Shown here: positions 38,643-47,754 of the stretch, in pieces
Layout: the number at the start of each line of letters is the position of its first letter
Position numbering within the stretch: the stretch's first letter is position 1
NCBI GenBank assembly: GCA_964195735.1
Contig: CAXMQY010000021.1
Location: forward strand, 1-63,916
Reading direction: 5' to 3'
Source: an uncultured Haliangium sp.
GTDB taxonomy: Bacteria; Pseudomonadota; Gammaproteobacteria; GCA-001735895
Length of the DNA stretch: 63,916 nucleotides
Made by a program: the position numbers and the translations under genes
Notes under the pieces: model-generated
Told to the model about the DNA's origin: nothing
Database searches by the model: none
Seen by the model: only the letters and a program-made list of their open reading frames with translations

Positions 38643-39794
38643 ATGTTTGAACTGATGGATTCACACTCCAAAGACCCGATCATAAAGGTCATTGGTGTCG
38701 GTGGGGGCGGCGGCAACGCCGTACAACACATGGTTTCGGCGGGTATTGAAGGCGTCGAATACATTTGCGTCAACACCGACGTACAGGCGCTCAAGAAGAT
38801 GGATCTGCGCACCACTATGCAGATCGGATCCGGCATCACCAAGGGGCTTGGCGCGGGCGCCGATCCGGGTATCGGCCGACAGGCGGCGCTGGAAGATCGC
38901 GAACGCATCCAGGAGGCGATCGAAGGCGCCAACATGCTGTTCGTAACCGCGGGCATGGGCGGCGGCACCGGTACCGGTGCGGCGCCGGTGATCGCGCAGA
39001 TCGCTAAGGAAATGGGGATACTGACCGTGGCGGTCGTCACCAAGCCCTTCGCCTTTGAGCGCAGCAAGCGCATGTCGCAGGCGGACACGGGCATCAAGGA
39101 ACTGGCCAACGTGGTCGATTCGTTGATCACGATTCCGAACGACAAGCTGATGCCGGTACTGGGCAAGGAAACTTCGTTGCTGGAGGTGTTTGAAAAGGCG
39201 AACGACGTACTGCGAGGTGCGGTGCAGGGTATCGCCGAGCTGATTACCTGCCCGGGCCTGATCAACGTCGACTTTGCCGACGTGCGCACCGTGATGTCGG
39301 AAATGGGCATGGCGATGATGGGCACCGGCTCTGCGACTGGCGAAAACCGCGCCAAGGAAGCGGCCATGGCGGCGATCTCATCACCGCTGCTGGAAGACAT
39401 CAATATCGCCGGCGCCCAGGGCATACTCGTCAACATCACCGCCGGGCTTGACCTCGCCATCGGCGAACTCGACGATGTCGGTACCGCGATTACCGAACTG
39501 GCGTCTGCGGATGCCAATGTCGTGGTCGGCACGGTCATCGACTCCAATATGACCGACGGCGAACTGCGCGTCACCATGGTGGCGACCGGGCTCGGTGCTG
39601 ACAAGTTACTGGCGGATGTTCCGCTTGTGGCGATTCAGCCCGAGAGCAACGGCCAGGTCGATTACAAGAAGCTGGAGCGTCCGACCGCGATTCGCAACAA
39701 GAAGATGGCCGCCGGTAGCGTCGACGTGCCCGGTGACAAGAACAGCATGGAATATCTCGAGATTCCTGCTTTTCTGCGTCGCCAGGCCGATTAG
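38643..39794 (+). CDS. ftsZ: Cell division GTPase FtsZ
   Basis: GVGGGGGNA and the tubulin signature GGGTGTGAAPV, plus a C-terminal conserved peptide DYLEIPAFLRRQAD. Confidence 0.97.
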   Translation: MFELMDSHSKDPIIKVIGVGGGGGNAVQHMVSAGIEGVEYICVNTDVQALKKMDLRTTMQIGSGITKGLGAGADPGIGRQAALEDRERIQEAIEGANMLFVTAGMGGGTGTGAAPVIAQIAKEMGILTVAVVTKPFAFERSKRMSQADTGIKELANVVDSLITIPNDKLMPVLGKETSLLEVFEKANDVLRGAVQGIAELITCPGLINVDFADVRTVMSEMGMAMMGTGSATGENRAKEAAMAAISSPLLEDINIAGAQGILVNITAGLDLAIGELDDVGTAITELASADANVVVGTVIDSNMTDGELRVTMVATGLGADKLLADVPLVAIQPESNGQVDYKKLERPTAIRNKKMAAGSVDVPGDKNSMEYLEIPAFLRRQAD

Positions 39795-39871
39795 ACGGCA
39801 ATTCCTCTTGCTAAGGTGAGCAGTTCACGGATGAACTGCAGATCCTTTGTACGCCTCCGCGCGTCGCGACG

Positions 39872-40480
39872 ATGAGCGAAATGCTAAACCTGTCTCCGCA
39901 ATTACTGGTCGCCGAAGGTACGGCTCGCCGGTGTTTTCGGCATCCCGACGTAAGTGACTGTTGTATCAAGGTATTACATCCGGAAATGCGCCCCACTCGG
40001 GTATGGCGCGAGCTGCACTATTATTCCGGCTTGCAGCGACGCGGTGCCGACTTTACCCATCTGACCCGTTGTCGTGGGCCGATCGACACCAATCTGGGAG
40101 AGGGTGTGATGTTTGATCTCGTGCTCGACGACGATGACCGCATTTCGAAATCGCTGGCCTACTACCTGGCGCAAAACGATAGCCGCGTCAATGACTGGGT
40201 CGTCGACGAAATCGAGCGCCTGCGACAGGATCTGTATGAACAGTGGATCGTGTTTCACGATTTGAACCCGGACAATATCCTGGTGCAACGCGTCAGCTAC
40301 ATGGAGTATCGCCTGGTCGTTATCGATGGCGTCGGCGATGATCACTTCTTCCCGCTGGCGAGCTACAGTCCCGCCTACGCGCGCCGCAAGCTGGTACAGC
40401 TGTGGAATAGTTGCTATCACCAATGGTATGGTGCCTTCCCAATGGTTGTGCGCGCCCTCAGGCCTTACCCCGCTTACTAG
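39872..40480 (+). CDS. YrbL family (PhoP-regulatory-network, kinase-fold-like) protein
   Basis: Colinear by eye with E. coli YrbL. Paired segments are GTARRCFRHPDVSDCCIKVL / GTGRHRKCYAHPEDAQRCIKIV, RELHYYSGLQRR / RELKYYAHLGRR, LNPDNIL / LKPQNIL, and FPLASYS..RRKLVQLW. Confidence 0.75.
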   Translation: MSEMLNLSPQLLVAEGTARRCFRHPDVSDCCIKVLHPEMRPTRVWRELHYYSGLQRRGADFTHLTRCRGPIDTNLGEGVMFDLVLDDDDRISKSLAYYLAQNDSRVNDWVVDEIERLRQDLYEQWIVFHDLNPDNILVQRVSYMEYRLVVIDGVGDDHFFPLASYSPAYARRKLVQLWNSCYHQWYGAFPMVVRALRPYPAY

Positions 40481-40490
40481 TACTTTCCTG

Positions 40491-40632
40491 TATTATTCCG
40501 ACCTCCGCGCCGAGGCGTCGGACCGATGTATCCTTTACACCGTATTCTCCGTCATTCCGGCCTCCGAGCCGAGACGTCGGACCGCGGAATCCATTATTCC
40601 GTATTCGCGTTACTGAGCCGGGCGAAGCCCGG
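40491..40632. repeat. REP-like hairpin cluster
   Basis: Two 31-nt imperfect palindromes are present: ATTCCGACCTCCGCGCCGAGGCGTCGGACCG (40495-40525) and ATTCCGGCCTCCGAGCCGAGACGTCGGACCG (40554-40584). A hairpin CCGGGCGAAGCCCGG follows at 40618-40632. Confidence 0.7.
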
Positions 40633-40929
40633 ACAGGACCCCGGGGTCAAGGTGGACATACGCTTTTGAAATGAGGGAAGGTCAAGGGGGAGAGTGGCGC
40701 GCGCTTTTCAGAGAGTGTTTGTCCCTTCGACTGCATTCTTCTCCAAATCCGTGCCTGACTATCCGTAGAAACCGTCAACCTCCCTGTCGACGGCTACCCG
40801 GGTTCCGAACAACCAATGGTGATCGCATCGAAACCCCTGGGTTCTTCCAGAGTGAAAAGCTTCCGCTTAAAAAATACCGAAACCGCCGCTCGAAAAAGAA
40901 CGACGATCTCGGTAACCGGAGAGGCCTAC

Positions 40930-41652
40930 TCATGAAACCAGTGCTGCAGAATGATCGTTTTCGATAGTGTCCATGTCGAAAACCCGTGATCGATTCAGTT
41001 CAATCCAAAGCGCCTCGACAGGCTCGCGTTGACGATGAAGATACCGTTTACCCAGAGACACGAACCGAACTCTCGATTTGTCGCGTAGACTTTCTCGCGC
41101 CGCGCGGGAGACGCAGATACCACCCGAGCGGGCCAGTCCCTCCAGTCGGGCGGCGAGCTGTACTGCCCGGTCGAAATAGTCAGCCTGCCCAGAGTCGACT
41201 TCACAAAGACCAATACCAATGCGATATCTGATTTGCTGGTCAGCTTTGAGGCATGCATTTCCTTTACGCATCGTGATCTGAACGTTGGCAGCGCATTCAA
41301 TCGCGTCATCGACATTCTTGAATTCCGCGAGAGCGACATCTCCAGTGAAGTAAGCCAATTTACCCTGGAAAGTAGAGATGCAGGCTTTAAAAATCTTTTT
41401 TCCGTTGATAAGCCGATGGCAGGTTGTGGGCTCACCCTCGGCAGTCAAACGACTACTGTCGGCCACATCGGCATACAGAATCGCGACCTGGCGACAATTT
41501 TTACCGGCGATTCGAGATTCCGACCAATCCGGTTCTGACAAGCAGCTGTATCCCGCAACAATTGTGGCGTAAGTGTCTTGCGCTGAATGGATACGATCAA
41601 CCGAAAATAGGTTGTCCAGATAAGATACGGTAGTCTGAACGAGCGACTTCAT
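40930..41652 (-). CDS. Class III adenylate/guanylate cyclase domain protein (minimal, no recognisable sensor domain)
   Basis: VAILYADVADSS (metal Asp), FTGDVALAEF (second Asp), IGIGLCEV and VQLAARLEGLA blocks are colinear with the cyclase homology domain. Confidence 0.75.
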   Translation of the reverse strand: MKSLVQTTVSYLDNLFSVDRIHSAQDTYATIVAGYSCLSEPDWSESRIAGKNCRQVAILYADVADSSRLTAEGEPTTCHRLINGKKIFKACISTFQGKLAYFTGDVALAEFKNVDDAIECAANVQITMRKGNACLKADQQIRYRIGIGLCEVDSGQADYFDRAVQLAARLEGLARSGGICVSRAARESLRDKSRVRFVSLGKRYLHRQREPVEALWIELNRSRVFDMDTIENDHSAALVS

Positions 41653-42035
41653 AACTCTACTCCTTATTTGATCTCAAACCTGCTGTTGCAGGAACCTGAT
41701 TGGCCGCCTTAAATTTCGATGTGCCTGCAGCCAATCACTTTCATGACCTCTATTCTCGAAATATCAGGGATTAGGTATGTGGCATTTCTCACGCGCCCCA
41801 GAGTTAAGGTCGTTTTTGTGACCTAGTTCGAATTTTCAAGCGAAGCGGGGTAGCCATGACGGGTCGCGATAGCAAATGACATCAGGCAAAGGAAGGGACT
41901 TGCGGGAGGAGACGATTTTGGTAACAATCGAGAAATACTCGGTTGTCTGCAATGTTTTTCGAGTTTTCTGATTGACCGAGCTCGAGCCGGTATCGCGTAC
42001 AATAAAGCGAGAGTGACTTCAGGGCGAATCTAACA

Positions 42036-42740
42036 ATGAAAAATGATTGCACACCCAAAATCGATTCCAATACCGCATTGAAATGCATTGAGTTGTTTGC
42101 AAACCTGGACGACGAGGCCTGCAATAAGATTGCAAAACGCATCAAATGGAAGCACTACAAAAAAGACGCAGAAGTCGTGTCGCACCAGTCTGCGAGTGAC
42201 GAGGTTTACTTTATTGCCACCGGGCGAGTCAGGGCAACAATCTTTACCCTTTCCGGAAAGGAAATTTCTTACCAGGAACTGGGGGCGGGAAAAATGTTCG
42301 GGGAGCTATCGGCCATCGACAGAAAGCCGCGAACCGCGAATGTGATAACGGCGGAGCCTTCTCAGATCGGGGTCATTTCTGCTAGCGGCTATTGGAATCT
42401 GATCGAGCAAAACCCGGACATAGCCGCAGCAACCTTGAAACGAATGGCGAGTTTGGTGCGCTTCCTGATCGATCGAGTTTATCAATACGGCGCGCTCGAT
42501 GTGAAAGACCGGGTGCGCACGGAAGTGTTGCGCCTTGCCCGTGACAACATGACTGGTGAAGACACCGCCACCATTCAGGATTTCCCCACGCACAAAGAGA
42601 TCGCAAGCCGCGTAAACACCCACCGTGAAGCGGTAACCCGAGAACTGAACGAACTATCCAGAACCGGATTCATCGAGCAAGATCACCGCATTTTGAAGGT
42701 GACTTCGATTGACGATTTAAGTGGATTGCTACCTGAGTAG
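42036..42740 (+). CDS. Crp/Fnr family transcriptional regulator (cNMP-binding + HTH)
   Basis: FGELSAIDRKPRTANVITA is a cNMP phosphate-binding-cassette-like segment. The C-terminal HTH is THKEIASRVNTHREAVTRELNELSRTGFI. Confidence 0.85.
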   Translation: MKNDCTPKIDSNTALKCIELFANLDDEACNKIAKRIKWKHYKKDAEVVSHQSASDEVYFIATGRVRATIFTLSGKEISYQELGAGKMFGELSAIDRKPRTANVITAEPSQIGVISASGYWNLIEQNPDIAAATLKRMASLVRFLIDRVYQYGALDVKDRVRTEVLRLARDNMTGEDTATIQDFPTHKEIASRVNTHREAVTRELNELSRTGFIEQDHRILKVTSIDDLSGLLPE

Positions 42741-43047
42741 ATCTAACTTTGACCCCGGGGCCGAAAGCTATGGATAACCTATGTGCTATCCACTGACTTT
42801 CGGATAGGTAGTTTGCCAAGTCCCAGGTTCATACGCTTTCGATGGATTCGAACTGACCCTCCAGGGGACACACTTTCAAATAGGAGTTAAAGGGATACCA
42901 CTATCGAGGTTTCTCGGAGAGGCGGGCTTTTTTAGAACGAGTGTGCCCCTTGGGGAACCACGGATAAAGTCCGGTCTGGCTCAATCCGGCAGCGCAGCTG
43001 CGGAACTGGGTGGCTACCGGATGATTTGGAAAGGTGCTGACGAAGAC

Positions 43048-43515
43048 TTACGTTTGGTTGGTATTACCGAACTTGGATTTCAGCCATTGGTCGATCGAAA
43101 AAAAGCCCCCACCGTAGATGACATTGGTCAGCAGCATCGAGCCCCACATGTAGTGCCAGACCAGGCCGGCGCCCTTGGCAAGCGTCGCGTAATAGGAGAT
43201 CACCGCCATGAGATTGACGAAGGTCAGTGCGATCGCCGTTAAGCGCGTGCCGATTCCGGCGATCAGTAATACCGGGAATACCAGTTCACCGAAGGTTGCG
43301 AGATAGGCGGCCAGCTCGAAGTTCAGCAGCGGCACCTTGTATTCGTACTCGAACAGTACCAGCGTGGTTTCCCAGTCACCGATCTTGTGCATGCCGGATT
43401 TCAGAAAGACCCAGGCAACGTAGACGCGGAGGTACAGCAGGAAGGGTGATTGCAGTTTGGACAAGAGCTCGCTGGTGGTGCGCAGGGGCGTACCCAGACT
43501 TTCAACTAACCCCAT
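43048..43515 (-). CDS. DoxX family membrane protein
   Basis: The ATG at 43515 is preceded by GGAG. The 155-aa protein has 4 TM segments with a DoxX-like pattern. The upstream part of the 236-aa track ORF is non-coding-looking. Confidence 0.7.
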   Translation of the reverse strand: MGLVESLGTPLRTTSELLSKLQSPFLLYLRVYVAWVFLKSGMHKIGDWETTLVLFEYEYKVPLLNFELAAYLATFGELVFPVLLIAGIGTRLTAIALTFVNLMAVISYYATLAKGAGLVWHYMWGSMLLTNVIYGGGFFSIDQWLKSKFGNTNQT

Positions 43516-43624
43516 AGTGTGACTCCTCGAGTATTTTTTGTTGGGCGGTATCAGGTTGGAACCAGTGCCGGCAAAAAAGTTCAGTGCAGCCGACCCTGGG
43601 TGGGCCGGCTGAGGAGTAATGAGT

Positions 43625-46399
43625 TTAATCCTGGATGGATTCGATTTGTTGCAGTTGCGCGCGCAGGCTGGCGAGCGCGGATTCGGCGTCGGCGAGCTTT
43701 TCCCTTTCCTTGTCGACCACTTCTTTCGGTGCACGTGCGACAAAGTTCTCGTTGCCAAGTTTGGCGTTGATGCGTCCGGTGTCCTGCTCCAGCCTGTCGA
43801 TGTTCTTTTGCAGTCGTGCCTGCTCGGCCGCCTTGTCGATCAAACCTGCTAGCGGGATCAGCTGCCGCATCTCACCGACCAGCGAAGTCGCGGCTTGCGG
43901 CGCCTGTGCATCGTCATCGAGCCAGGTAATGGATTCGAGCCTGGCCAGTGATTCCAGCAGTGCGCGGTTGCGCTCGATGCGTTCGCGATCGAGATCGCTG
44001 CCGTGCTGGCACAACACCGGCACCGGCTTGCCGGGCTTGATATCCATCTCGGAACGAATCTGGCGCACGCCCATGATGAAAGCCTTGACCCATTCCAGTT
44101 CGTCCAGCGCATCGCCATCGACAAGCGTGGCATCGGCCTGTGGGTAACGACAACGCATAATAGTCGGCCCCTCCTTGCCAGCGAGTACCGAGACGCGCTG
44201 CCACAGTTCCTCGGTGATGTAGGGCATGATCGGGTGTAGCAATCGCAGAATTTCCTCGAGCACCTTGACCAGCGTGTGCCGCGCCGCCTGTTTAGACTCA
44301 TGCGGACTGGCGTCGTCGTAGATCACAGCCTTGGACAGCTCGATGTACCAGTCGCAGTAATCGTTCCACACGAATTCATAGAGGTCGCGTGCGACCAGGT
44401 CGAAGCGATAGCCTGCGATGTGGGTCTCGATGTCCTGGCTGACCTGTTGCAGGCGCGAGATAATCCAGCGGTCGGCAAGCGTCGGCGTTCCCGCGCTGCA
44501 GTCTTCTCCCTCGGTGTTTTGTAACACGTAGCGGGTCGCGTTCCACAGCTTGTTGCAGAAGTTGCGATAACCCTCGATGCGGCCCAGGTCGAATCGGATA
44601 TCGCGCCCGGTGGTGGCAAGCGCGGTGAAGGTGAAGCGCAGCGCGTCGGTGCCGTAGGCGGGGATGCCGTCAGGGAAATGCCTGCGCGTGGCCGACTCGA
44701 TGCGCGGGGCCATCTCCGGCTGCATCAGCCCGGTGGTGCGCTTTGCAATCAACTGCTCAAGGGTGATGCCGTCGATCAGGTCGAGCGGGTCGAGCACGTT
44801 ACCTTTGGACTTGGACATCTTGTTGCCATCAGCGTCGCGCACCAGTCCGTGGATGTAGACTTCGTGGAAAGGCACCTCGTCCATGAACTTGAGGCCGAAC
44901 ATGATCATGCGCGCGACCCAGAAAAAGATAATGTCGAAGCCGGTGACCAGCACGCTGGTCGGGTAAAAGGTTTTCAGTGCGGGGTCGTCGCCGTCGGGCC
45001 AGCCGAGTGTGCTGAAGGGCCACAGCGCGGAGGAAAACCAGGTATCGAGTACATCTTCATCCTGGGTCAGTTCCAGGTCGTCGGCGAGTCCGTACTTACG
45101 CCGAACTGCGTCGACATCGCTCGCCACGTAGAAATTACCGTCGTTGTCGTACCAGGCCGGAATGCGGTGCCCCCACCACAGCTGGCGCGAGATGCACCAG
45201 TCCTGGATGTTTTCCATCCAGTTGTAGTAGGTCTTGCTCCAGTTCTCCGGTATGAATTTGATGCGACCGTCTTTGACCGCCTCGATCGACGGCTTCGCGA
45301 GCGGCTCGGCGCGCACGAACCACTGGTCAGTTAGATAGGGCTCGATAACCACGCCCGAGCGGTCGCCGTAGGGACGCTTGTAGACGTGGTCCTCGATCTT
45401 GACCATCAGGCCTGCGGCTTCGAGGTCCTCGACGATCTTGTCGCGTGCGGCAAAGCGATCCATGCCCTGGTAGGCCGGTGGCGCGTTCTCGTTCATGACT
45501 GCGTCGATGGTAAACAGGTTGATCACTTCCATTTCATGGCGCTGACCGACCTCGTAATCGTTGAAGTCGTGCGCCGGCGTGATCTTCACGCAGCCGGTAC
45601 CAAACTCGGGGTCGACGTATTCATCGGTAATGATCGGAATGATGCGGGTCGTCATCGGCACCTGCACGCGCTTGCCGATGAAGTCGCGGTAACGCTCGTC
45701 GCCTTCGCTTACCGCGAGCGCGCCGTCGGCGAGGATGGTCTCGGGGCGCGTGGTCGCGATTTCGAGGTGGGTAACGCCGTTTACCGGGCCGTCGACCAGT
45801 GGGTAGCGTACGTGGTAAAGAAATCCCTTTTCCTCCACGTTCAGCACCTCGAGGTCGGATATCGCGGTGTGCAGCACCGGGTCCCAGTTGACCAGGCGTT
45901 TGCCGCGATATATCAGGTCTTCCTCGTACAGTTTGATAAACACTTCCTGCACTGCGGCGGACAGGCCTTCGTCCATGGTAAAGCGTTCGCGCGACCAGTC
46001 GGGGGAGGCGCCCATGCGGCGCAGTTGGCGCGTTATGGTGCCGCCGGACTCGGCCTTCCATTTCCACACGCGCTCGGTAAATTCCTCGCGCCCGAGATCG
46101 TGGCGCGTCTTGCCTTCCTGGCTCAGTTGGCGTTCGACCACCATCTGCGTTGCGATACCGGCGTGGTCCGTGCCCGGCTGCCACAGCGTGTTGTCGCCCT
46201 TCATGCGGTGGTAGCGGATCAGCGTGTCCATGATCGTGTCCTGAAACGCGTGCCCCATGTGCAGGCTGCCGGTCACATTTGGCGGCGGAATCACGATGCA
46301 ATAGGGATCACCTTCGCCCTGGGCGGCGAAATAGCCTTCGTCTTCCCAGCGTTGATACCAGGTTTCCTCGATCGAGTGGGGGGCGTAGGTTTTTTCCAT
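43625..46399 (-). CDS. valS: Valine--tRNA ligase
   Basis: [15 protein letters not shown] (HIGH), KMSKSKGN (KMSKS) and a C-terminal coiled coil. The likely start is the MEKTYAP ATG at 46399. Confidence 0.96.
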   Translation of the reverse strand: MEKTYAPHSIEETWYQRWEDEGYFAAQGEGDPYCIVIPPPNVTGSLHMGHAFQDTIMDTLIRYHRMKGDNTLWQPGTDHAGIATQMVVERQLSQEGKTRHDLGREEFTERVWKWKAESGGTITRQLRRMGASPDWSRERFTMDEGLSAAVQEVFIKLYEEDLIYRGKRLVNWDPVLHTAISDLEVLNVEEKGFLYHVRYPLVDGPVNGVTHLEIATTRPETILADGALAVSEGDERYRDFIGKRVQVPMTTRIIPIITDEYVDPEFGTGCVKITPAHDFNDYEVGQRHEMEVINLFTIDAVMNENAPPAYQGMDRFAARDKIVEDLEAAGLMVKIEDHVYKRPYGDRSGVVIEPYLTDQWFVRAEPLAKPSIEAVKDGRIKFIPENWSKTYYNWMENIQDWCISRQLWWGHRIPAWYDNDGNFYVASDVDAVRRKYGLADDLELTQDEDVLDTWFSSALWPFSTLGWPDGDDPALKTFYPTSVLVTGFDIIFFWVARMIMFGLKFMDEVPFHEVYIHGLVRDADGNKMSKSKGNVLDPLDLIDGITLEQLIAKRTTGLMQPEMAPRIESATRRHFPDGIPAYGTDALRFTFTALATTGRDIRFDLGRIEGYRNFCNKLWNATRYVLQNTEGEDCSAGTPTLADRWIISRLQQVSQDIETHIAGYRFDLVARDLYEFVWNDYCDWYIELSKAVIYDDASPHESKQAARHTLVKVLEEILRLLHPIMPYITEELWQRVSVLAGKEGPTIMRCRYPQADATLVDGDALDELEWVKAFIMGVRQIRSEMDIKPGKPVPVLCQHGSDLDRERIERNRALLESLARLESITWLDDDAQAPQAATSLVGEMRQLIPLAGLIDKAAEQARLQKNIDRLEQDTGRINAKLGNENFVARAPKEVVDKEREKLADAESALASLRAQLQQIESIQD

Positions 46400-46481
46400 C
46401 GGGCAGGCGGCGCAAGTCAAAGGGCGCGATTATACCGTGCGTTCCCCAAAAAATGCACTGTTTCCCCACCAATTATCTCCT

Positions 46482-46577
46482 CCTCAAAGGCTCCTCAAAG
46501 GGACCTCAAAGGGATAGGCACTCTCCACATTCCGAGTTCTCAAAAATGATTCAAGTGCTTCAAGAGTGCTTCAAGAG
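46482..46577. repeat. Two sets of short tandem repeats
   Basis: CCTCAAAGG(G) occurs at 46482, 46493 and 46504, an 11-bp period. TTCAAG(AG)TGC occurs at 46550, 46559 and 46570, with spacings of 9 and 11 bp. The last unit runs into the left inverted repeat of the Y1 transposase-like unit. Confidence 0.7.
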
Positions 46578-47709
46578 GGACACACACCTGTTTACCACGC
46601 TCAAGATGGGGCACAGATCCTCTCATTCAATTTCGATGACTCACCAGATTTGAAAGGTACAAGTTAGCGGTCAGGGCTGAACGGAGGCAATCTTCGGCAG
46701 TGGACTCTCTGCCAGACTAAGCTACTGAATGAAGTCGGTTCAATATAGGTGGTAGGACATTTTCGAGAAAGCCAGGTTTATCTGTTCGAATGATTCGACC
46801 GGTCCAATCGACCAGTTTCAAATAGTCTTGAAAGGTGAAGAGAATTCCTGTGTGTGAGTCGGCGGTCAGGCTATTCTCGAAATGCAGTAGCGGTTTTAAC
46901 GGTGTCTTAAACTCCAGAATGTCACCATTTTCGATCTGATCCTTAATTGCCTGTTTCAAGTTAAATTCAGACTTGATTCGCTCTCGAATGCTGGTGTGCG
47001 CTGATGTTTCTGGATTGTCTACAATTCCCGCACGGATGGGATTGAGGTCGACATAAACCATGCAGGACAACAAGGCTTCTTCGGTCTTGAGTGCTTGTGA
47101 TGTGAACCTGGATTCCCAGAACTTGCCTGTGCAGTTGTCTTCCAGATTTGCCTTTCTGACAATAGGTTGATTTAGGCAGCGCATGAACCAGCTAATGCTC
47201 GAAAGCTTGCCACGCCATATTTTAACAATATCCGATACGGTTGTGCGCTCTGGGGCGGTGAGTTGGTCGCCTTTACGATAACGTTGAACTAACAACGGAC
47301 CTTTGAACAACGTGCACCAACGATCCATGATTTGATCATCGGAAAGATTGTTGAATTGCTCGGGGCTCAATTTGAGCACCAGATGGAAGTGGTTGCTCAT
47401 GACCGCGTAGGCGCAGACATCGATGGCGAATAAGGAGGAAAGCAGGCGAATCCGATCGACAACCCATTGCCGTCGATGTTCATAGTCCTGGCCTGAATAT
47501 GGATCAACCCCGCAGAGGAATGCTCGGCGTAGAGCCTGCCCCACGAAGTGTTTTGGGTACACAACGCGAGGTGATGTGGTAGTAGGGGGTGTCCGCGAGC
47601 GAGATTAATGCCTTCCTGGGTCGGGTCATCAGTCAAATCCGTTTGTCTGAGAATGTAGAAATGCTACGCCTTAAGGTCAGTCAGTGTCAACGAAAGAGTG
47701 TGTGTCCCT
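46576..47709 (-). mobile_element. Y1 (HUH) transposase-like gene bracketed by a perfect 12-bp inverted repeat
   Basis: AGGGACACACAC at 46576-46587 and its exact reverse complement GTGTGTGTCCCT at 47698-47709 flank the 46717-47562 ORF. Confidence 0.55.
46717..47562 (-). CDS. IS200/IS605-like Y1 HUH transposase family protein (RAYT-like), probably N-terminally shortened
   Basis: HUH motif in AVMSNHFHLVLK and catalytic-Tyr helix MVYVDLNPIRAG. The start is GTG, with an in-frame stop 14 codons upstream. Relatives I recall carry about 20-40 more N-terminal residues before the ...RRAFLCG segment. Confidence 0.7.
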   Translation of the reverse strand: MYPKHFVGQALRRAFLCGVDPYSGQDYEHRRQWVVDRIRLLSSLFAIDVCAYAVMSNHFHLVLKLSPEQFNNLSDDQIMDRWCTLFKGPLLVQRYRKGDQLTAPERTTVSDIVKIWRGKLSSISWFMRCLNQPIVRKANLEDNCTGKFWESRFTSQALKTEEALLSCMVYVDLNPIRAGIVDNPETSAHTSIRERIKSEFNLKQAIKDQIENGDILEFKTPLKPLLHFENSLTADSHTGILFTFQDYLKLVDWTGRIIRTDKPGFLENVLPPILNRLHSVA

Positions 47710-47754
47710 GGGGGAAAATGGTAAGCTTCGGCGGCGTTGAAATTGATTGGTTTT

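Noticed and set aside
39820-39839. Terminator after ftsZ (GCAGTTCA-CGGA-TGAACTGC).
   Set aside because: The 8-bp stem is perfect, but no U-tract follows. It may be an RNA processing or stability hairpin, so it is mentioned in a finding but not called as a terminator.
41817-41832. CRP-type operator TGTGA-N6-TCGAA in the cyclase/Crp intergenic region.
   Set aside because: Only one half-site is good, and the second matches 3 of 5 positions. A hit this weak is expected by chance in 383 nt.
42841-42880. tRNA-like 3' fragment, suggested by GGATTCGAAC.
   Set aside because: The bases flanking the TTCGAA loop do not form a T-stem (GATGG versus CTGAC). No acceptor or anticodon arms can be drawn.
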